This document shows, piece after piece, positions 58,657 through 64,000 of a stretch of 64,000 nucleotides of DNA (the stretch's first letter is position 1; every line of letters begins with the position of its first letter). Origin of the DNA: an uncultured virus (IMG/VR IMGVR_UViG_3300005526_000009) (taxonomy: Duplodnaviria > Heunggongvirae > Uroviricota > Caudoviricetes); the IMG/VR virus record IMGVR_UViG_3300005526_000009. The stretch is one strand, 5' to 3'. A model generated the notes under the pieces. That model was not told the origin of the DNA. It did no database searches and saw only the letters and a program-made list of their open reading frames with translations. A program made the translations under genes and the position numbers.

Positions 58657-59463
58657 TTATAGATTAGAACCTGCTTGAAGTAAAATGTTTTCCTGCTTGT
58701 ATTTTGGGCTTTTCACCAGACGTGTGTGAATGTTGTTCTCATGTGATATTGTTATCCATGGAGTCATGTCATCATTCAGGTGGATATCCTTTATGTGCAG
58801 CATGTCAACATCAAGGTCTGCCCAGCAGGTTACACCATCCCTCAAACAGTTGTTGTAGAAAAGGGTATCAAGACCCATGCCATCACGGATAAGTCCAACT
58901 GGCTCAAACGGCCTGAAACCAAACTTTTGCAACACGTTTCTTGATATGATAGTGAATGGGAATGACGCAAACAGAACCTTCTTCAATCCCTTCTTTGGCA
59001 TTTCACGATACTCTGATCTTTGCAGTAGGGATGTGTATTCATACTTTGCTATGGAACGGAACATTGGATAGGCGTAGTAGCGTTCCGCTGGTATGATGGC
59101 AACGGTGTTGAAGAACTTTAAGTTTACCAATGAGAAGTTGCATATGCCTGACAGCACTTGAATGTCTGGGTGCGCAATCAGGTCATCAACAAGCTTGTCA
59201 ACCTGGTATGTCTCAACCAAAAGGTCATCGGGTAAAATGGCAAAATGGGTATACTCTTTGTTGTCTAAAAAAAACTGCCTACCGGTTTCGTAGGCATCCT
59301 GTTCATCATAGTTAAACTTGACACGAAAGATATCGTATTTCTGGTTTAACAGTTTGATTTTTGTCTCGAATACAGGTATCAGTCTGGGTGATGGGTTATG
59401 GATAAGCAGCTTAAATGGCTGCTGGTTCTGGAGGGGGGCCGTCTGGATTTGTATTGTTACCAT
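58657..59463 (-). CDS. GT-A fold glycosyltransferase-like protein
   Basis: YTHFAILPDDL, FPFTIISRNVL, D..FY..C...G...WAD.DV...H. Confidence 0.65.
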   Translation of the reverse strand: MVTIQIQTAPLQNQQPFKLLIHNPSPRLIPVFETKIKLLNQKYDIFRVKFNYDEQDAYETGRQFFLDNKEYTHFAILPDDLLVETYQVDKLVDDLIAHPDIQVLSGICNFSLVNLKFFNTVAIIPAERYYAYPMFRSIAKYEYTSLLQRSEYREMPKKGLKKVLFASFPFTIISRNVLQKFGFRPFEPVGLIRDGMGLDTLFYNNCLRDGVTCWADLDVDMLHIKDIHLNDDMTPWITISHENNIHTRLVKSPKYKQENILLQAGSNL

Positions 59464-59620
59464 TGACTAGTCTGATACCGTATTGGGTTATTATGTTTAA
59501 CTGAGCGGCTAGTTGTGTGAGGTTCTCCAGTGTTTTCTGGGTGCTGATGATATAATCCCAAACAAGGGATGAAAGTTCTACTGTTTTGGTTGGTTCTTCA
59601 GTTGGTGGTTGTTGCGCCAT
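59411..59620 (-). CDS. Hypothetical protein
   Basis: Packed ORF. Confidence 0.5.
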   Translation of the reverse strand: MAQQPPTEEPTKTVELSSLVWDYIISTQKTLENLTQLAAQLNIITQYGIRLVNGNNTNPDGPPPEPAAI

Positions 59621-59621
59621 G

Positions 59622-59909
59622 TTAGGTATTTGTAATTCCCTTTATTATATATTCCTTGTGCTTTTCAGACTCAAAGAAAAGCATGTGATGGACTATGGTG
59701 TCAAAGTGTTTGTTCTGGACCATGGGATGCAGTTCACATCCCCACCTGATTATCTCTTCAATTCCCCTGTCCCTAATGCATGGAAAGAATGGATGTTTGT
59801 AGTAGTTCCTGACATATTCATCCATCAACCGCCTGCTCTTGTGTATGCGGTCAACATGGACTTCGGCTTCCCTGAAAACGTTCTCCACATCCTTAACTGT
59901 TATTGTCAT
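59622..59909 (-). CDS. Hypothetical protein
   Basis: Packed ORF. Confidence 0.5.
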   Translation of the reverse strand: MTITVKDVENVFREAEVHVDRIHKSRRLMDEYVRNYYKHPFFPCIRDRGIEEIIRWGCELHPMVQNKHFDTIVHHMLFFESEKHKEYIIKGITNT

Positions 59910-60180
59910 TCTTCTTCTCCATTTTCAGGTTCTGCATGAGATAGTCAATGGCGGCACAAATTTTTGTTTGGTTTCTATTGCGCTCATATTTGTCATTACC
60001 CTGTATGGATATGGTAATACCATCAGGTGTGATGAACTTCATGACATCGGCCACCAATTCTATATTAATCCTGATCTGGTTAGGTGGTAATGGAAAGTTG
60101 CCACATTCCCTTTTGATTTTCAGTTTTCCCATATCTTCATTACCTGCCTGTATTGCATGCAGTGTTTGCACCAATACCAT
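59893..60180 (-). CDS. Hypothetical protein (start uncertain)
   Basis: Packed ORF. Confidence 0.45.
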   Translation of the reverse strand: MVLVQTLHAIQAGNEDMGKLKIKRECGNFPLPPNQIRINIELVADVMKFITPDGITISIQGNDKYERNRNQTKICAAIDYLMQNLKMEKKNDNNS

Positions 60181-60280
60181 GTTCCTATTATTACGCTGTT
60201 ATATGTCTTATGAACATGCAGGCAACCATGATACCAGACTGTTTTTATCTTGCTTCTGGGATCATAAGATATCTCACTCA

Positions 60281-60505
60281 TTATGACTCGAATTGTTTGC
60301 AGCAAATGGCTGGTGCGAGATTTGTGGTGTCCACATGGTTATCATGTTTTGGAATTGGCAATATCACATCATTTCCAATGTCAGTGAGGTTTGTCCCGAT
60401 AAAGTCATCCATAGTCTGGCCATAGATTGTTGCGAGAAGTGAGCCACAACACAATATAAAAAGTGCCGTATAGACCAAGATTTGGCATATATCGAACCTA
60501 TTCAT
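60281..60505 (-). CDS. Small membrane-anchored protein
   Basis: N-terminal hydrophobic helix. Confidence 0.45.
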   Translation of the reverse strand: MNRFDICQILVYTALFILCCGSLLATIYGQTMDDFIGTNLTDIGNDVILPIPKHDNHVDTTNLAPAICCKQFES

Positions 60506-60812
60506 TATCCTTTACCTTATATGTATACTCTTTAAAGTCTATCGGGTTTTCCTTCTTGTCAAGTGGTGGCAGATATCCATCCCATAGCACTATGTGGTTT
60601 TGGGTGATATTGTATGCTGACCTGTTCTTGAACTTTCGTTGGTCAATGTCATATACCAGAAAATACTTTAACCAGTCACGGGTCTTGTCCTTTGTTGTTA
60701 CCCATTCTTTAAAGTCCTTGACCTGTGTTTTGTATTCCCTGTCAGTCTTTATCGCATCAACCAATGCGGCCAATGCCTTGGATATCTTGGCTTCACTCAT
60801 TGTTATCATCAA
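60498..60812 (-). CDS. Hypothetical protein
   Basis: Packed ORF. Confidence 0.55.
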   Translation of the reverse strand: MMITMSEAKISKALAALVDAIKTDREYKTQVKDFKEWVTTKDKTRDWLKYFLVYDIDQRKFKNRSAYNITQNHIVLWDGYLPPLDKKENPIDFKEYTYKVKDNE

Positions 60813-60993
60813 ACAACCTATAGAATATTAATGCCGTATAAACAACTCTTACCTGGTTTACATATTCCTGTTCCATATGTGAACTGTAGGCCACAGATAT
60901 TATTTCAAGTGGTTGTTCAAGGAAGGAATTGATGCGGCTTGTTAGTATATTGGGGTCAGTGGCTGCTACGTGAACGCACCTTATGTTACTCAT
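60793..60993 (-). CDS. Small alpha/beta protein (family B)
   Basis: LTSRINSFL...YTALIFYR. Confidence 0.55.
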   Translation of the reverse strand: MSNIRCVHVAATDPNILTSRINSFLEQPLEIISVAYSSHMEQEYVNQVRVVYTALIFYRLFDDNNE

Positions 60994-62065
60994 CGAGTTT
61001 CTCCCCTTCGGTGTCCTTTACTGCGAACCTTTTGGATACCAGTTTTAGTATTTTTCTGGGAATGTTTGGTGCGGGGTGTTCCTCAATTGAGCGTATGACA
61101 ACTCCCTCACTCACCTGTTCTGGATAAATGACTGAGTTCCTTTCTGCAAGACCATATATAGATTCCCTGTCAAAGTTGCCTATGGTTAGGATGGGAACTA
61201 TGGGGAGTTGCAGTTGCTCGGCAATTGTGCAGAACTGGTAAAAGTCAACATATTTTCCCAATTCAATTGATATGTCAAACAGCCTGAAATCAACACCACT
61301 CAAACCATAATCCAGGTTCTGGATGCCCTTTCCAAACAACTCAAACCTGAGAACAAGGTTCTCATACCCTGACTCCATCATCTTTTTCTCAATCTCATAT
61401 TTGTCGAAGATATGGTAAAATGCGTTGGTCTGATTTGCGATATCCTCACTTGCCATGATGGCTGGCCTGTCCCTCTCAAAGCACACACGCCTGCTCATGA
61501 CATAAATCTTGTCACCAATCTTGGTAAACGTTCCGTTCATACCATGGATTTTTTCCGTGACCACAACAGAGTCATCATGGGTGAATACATTTGCAAAGTC
61601 GGGTCTCTGTATTGACTCAATGTCATAGTATTCAATCCTTGGATCCGGCCAGTTCTTTTGCCTTGTGAACTTGTCACCATTTGCCGACAGCCTTACCTCC
61701 GGTTTCCATTTGGTGATACCCAAGTCGTCAGCAACATTTGCATATTGTATATAGACCATAAAGCCATCCCTTGTCAGTTTCTCCCTCACATAACCATCAA
61801 TAGGTAGGAACAGTCCCTGTGAGTATACACCAGATAGTTTCATTGTCTTTACCCTGTTTCTCTTTAGTTTGAGTTGATAGAAGTCAGTCATCTCTTGCGG
61901 CAATATTGAGTCAACAGCAATGAACAAACCGATGTCTCCCTTCTTGAATTGATCGTTGCGGACTATCACATCATAACCACCGATAGTAACTATAGATATC
62001 CTATCCTTATTGGGAATTGGCTGGAGTTCAGGACATTCCATAAAAGATGCGTAGGCGTCTGTCAT
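60986..62065 (-). CDS. ATP-dependent RNA ligase, DRB0094/Rnl5-like
   Basis: N-terminal IPNKDRI...FKKGD...DSILP...KLSGVYSQGL; motif I TEKIHGMN, ELFG, FRLFDI, EGVVIR, KLVS. Confidence 0.88.
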   Translation of the reverse strand: MTDAYASFMECPELQPIPNKDRISIVTIGGYDVIVRNDQFKKGDIGLFIAVDSILPQEMTDFYQLKLKRNRVKTMKLSGVYSQGLFLPIDGYVREKLTRDGFMVYIQYANVADDLGITKWKPEVRLSANGDKFTRQKNWPDPRIEYYDIESIQRPDFANVFTHDDSVVVTEKIHGMNGTFTKIGDKIYVMSRRVCFERDRPAIMASEDIANQTNAFYHIFDKYEIEKKMMESGYENLVLRFELFGKGIQNLDYGLSGVDFRLFDISIELGKYVDFYQFCTIAEQLQLPIVPILTIGNFDRESIYGLAERNSVIYPEQVSEGVVIRSIEEHPAPNIPRKILKLVSKRFAVKDTEGEKLDE

Positions 62066-62349
62066 TGTGGTATTACCTGATATACATGGTATGTTATGTG
62101 AATGTTTTGCAATGTGTATGACCCTATATATAGTATGGCATTATGGGTGCTGAATTCCTCATTTTCCTCAACAGTCATGAATGAGAATTTCTTGTAGGTT
62201 ATGTTTGGATGGGACTCATAGACATATGATATTCTGGGAACACTATCTGACACGAATGGGCTTAGGAGGATGGTTGTGTTGGGCAGTTGCACGGACCACA
62301 TCTCAGAGTCCTCAACTGCGAAACTCTTGATTATCTTGTTAACAGCCAT
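62062..62349 (-). CDS. Hypothetical protein
   Basis: ATGA-coupled to the RNA ligase gene. Confidence 0.55.
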   Translation of the reverse strand: MAVNKIIKSFAVEDSEMWSVQLPNTTILLSPFVSDSVPRISYVYESHPNITYKKFSFMTVEENEEFSTHNAILYIGSYTLQNIHITYHVYQVIPQ

Positions 62350-62601
62350 CTATTGTGTCACTACCTCTCTCATGTTTTCAAGTTCCCTTTGTTTGCGCAA
62401 CAGCAGGTTGACTGCCAAATCACGCTCCAAATGCAACTCCCTTTCATGGTTATACACACGCCTGATGCAGTATCTCAATAGAGACTCTGGATTGTTTATC
62501 CCAGTATAGGTCATCAGTGACAGCGCATTGGATGCCAATTCATCACCCAGTCTTAGGATTATGGTTTTCTCGTCTTTCACTAAATTGTTTTTTCGCTTCA
62601 A
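62350..62601 (-). CDS. Hypothetical protein, possible ribbon-helix-helix
   Basis: TIILRLG...LLRYCI pattern. Confidence 0.45.
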   Translation of the reverse strand: MKRKNNLVKDEKTIILRLGDELASNALSLMTYTGINNPESLLRYCIRRVYNHERELHLERDLAVNLLLRKQRELENMREVVTQ

Positions 62602-62895
62602 TAAGATTCAAATATCGTTTATATTTTCTATTTATATAAATGTAGTTTTTTTCCAACTCTGAGTTCCTGAAGAATGGGTCTATGTTGTCCAAATAATGGT
62701 CAACGATTGTTGCCGGATCATTGTCATCTATCATAATCCTCTCAAAGAAAAAGAACATGTCATCAAGGTATCCCATGTGGATTGATGGATATCTCCATGG
62801 TGTCAAACAATATATCTTCCTAAACCCACGGTAGTCATTCAACTCCTTTATCTCCAAAAATGATATGCGTTGTTTTGGTGCGGGGTGTTGCATAT
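62543..62895 (-). CDS. Hypothetical protein (start approximate)
   Basis: 3' part of ORF 62543..63079 not overlapping the upstream gene. Confidence 0.45.
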
Positions 62896-62922
62896 GGGAA
62901 ATAATGTGGTGGATAATATTAA

Positions 62923-64000
62923 CTATCCCAAAGTTGATCCTGCCCTCGGTTTCAGGGTAAATGGCAGTAATACTTCGTCCCTGCCAATGTTGGAGATGGT
63001 ATAGCGATTGGAGTATAGGTTGTCGGCCATTGTGAGTGTTATCTCCTTTGAGTATATCCTGAGTTCTGACATGACACACTCAAAGTGGCCTGAAAACCTG
63101 TTCTTTCCCACTGCTATTGCCAAGTCCTTTATTGCTGTTGGTGTTGCGTCTGGTGGCAGGTTTGGTGCGGGAGTGTAGGTATAGCCGCCGACATAAACGG
63201 TTGCAACCATGTCATATGCCTGCTCAGCGTCATTGTAGTTTAGCTCATTAAACTTCCTGATAAATGAGTATGTCAGGTCATAACTACCCTGCTGCACGAG
63301 AACACCCACCCTGTTTGTTGTGTTGCCGCCAGAGAACTCAAAGCACAATTTGTCACCAACATCCATAACATAGTCGTTGCTCAAATCCACAAACTCCACA
63401 GGCGTTGGTGCTGCGGGGTCTGTGCTTAGTGTGGATGTGAATACCGTTCCCAATGTTGCGATAAGTTGGTCATCTATTCCCCTTCTCACAGTGCAGTATG
63501 CTATGCCGGATGTTGCGGCAGTTGTCTTATACAAAAAAAGGATTACCCTTGTTATCTTCTTTCCTTTCAGTAATGATGACTGGTTCTCAATTGACTGTGC
63601 TATTCTGGAACGGGAGTTGACATCCAGATCACCACCAATGTAGATTGTTCCAGCCAGGTCCTTGTAACCAATGTCGTATGTGCTGCCGTTGTCAACATAA
63701 AAGGCAATGGAGTTTTGTTGGTCAACAAAATCCCTACCCATGTTCAACTCCACAGTGTCGGTCAGTGTTCCACCCTCATATTTCAGGAACACCCTGTCAC
63801 CATCTATCGTGTTGTAGCCTGACCCTGGGTTCTGGAATATGGTGTTGGCATATTCAGGGGTGCTGCTCAATGTTGTCACATCCACAGAACCAAGCAGCAC
63901 CTTTGTGTTATAGTTCACATCCATGATGCCACAGGTCATTATCCCTGTTGGGTTGCCCACCTTCTTTGATCTGGCTATTGCCTTTGTGATTCTGCGGTTC
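62923..64000 (-). CDS. Large virion/tail protein with repeated beta modules and LamG-like C-terminus (5' end outside the window)
   Basis: Frame open to the window edge; repeated ITKA/ITRV...GD...EY.GG...D.A...Y.GG modules; FSGHFECVMSELRIYSKEIT. Confidence 0.65.
   Translation of the reverse strand, partial: NRRITKAIARSKKVGNPTGIMTCGIMDVNYNTKVLLGSVDVTTLSSTPEYANTIFQNPGSGYNTIDGDRVFLKYEGGTLTDTVELNMGRDFVDQQNSIAFYVDNGSTYDIGYKDLAGTIYIGGDLDVNSRSRIAQSIENQSSLLKGKKITRVILFLYKTTAATSGIAYCTVRRGIDDQLIATLGTVFTSTLSTDPAAPTPVEFVDLSNDYVMDVGDKLCFEFSGGNTTNRVGVLVQQGSYDLTYSFIRKFNELNYNDAEQAYDMVATVYVGGYTYTPAPNLPPDATPTAIKDLAIAVGKNRFSGHFECVMSELRIYSKEITLTMADNLYSNRYTISNIGRDEVLLPFTLKPRAGSTLG

Overview
This 64 kb window is part of a large tailed dsDNA virus genome (Caudoviricetes, siphovirus-like). 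The host is most likely an archaeon of the Nitrososphaerota (Thaumarchaeota) type, judged from an archaeal PriL primase, TATA-box promoters 23-30 nt ahead of start codons, oligo-T terminators, many small Cys-rich proteins and poly-Asn tracts. It encodes an intein-containing class II ribonucleotide reductase, several paralogous tail-fibre/receptor-binding proteins, a dTMP kinase, an N6-adenine methyltransferase, two HNH nucleases, an AAA+ ATPase, an HD hydrolase, a 2440-aa tape measure protein, probable tail tube, chaperone, capsid and scaffold genes, a Cas4-like nuclease, a glycosyltransferase and an ATP-dependent RNA ligase. The most striking element is a Ro60/TROVE gene (16349-17914) lying divergently from a tandem array of four structured non-coding units (15858-16237). 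The units share the motifs AGUGUA, UACUUC and UAUUCU, have co-varying stems, and carry variable loops, one of which is a tRNA-Gln(UUG)-like anticodon stem-loop. This is a candidate viral Ro60 + Y-like RNA system, possibly working with the RNA ligase. Other signals are a candidate iteron origin (24.3-24.8 kb), an AT-rich gene block with a shared promoter motif, a GC-rich triple repeat at 30.8 kb, a probable -1 frameshift in the tail chaperone, and frequent G(T/G)TGCG motifs. All calls come from reading motifs by eye; no database searches were run.
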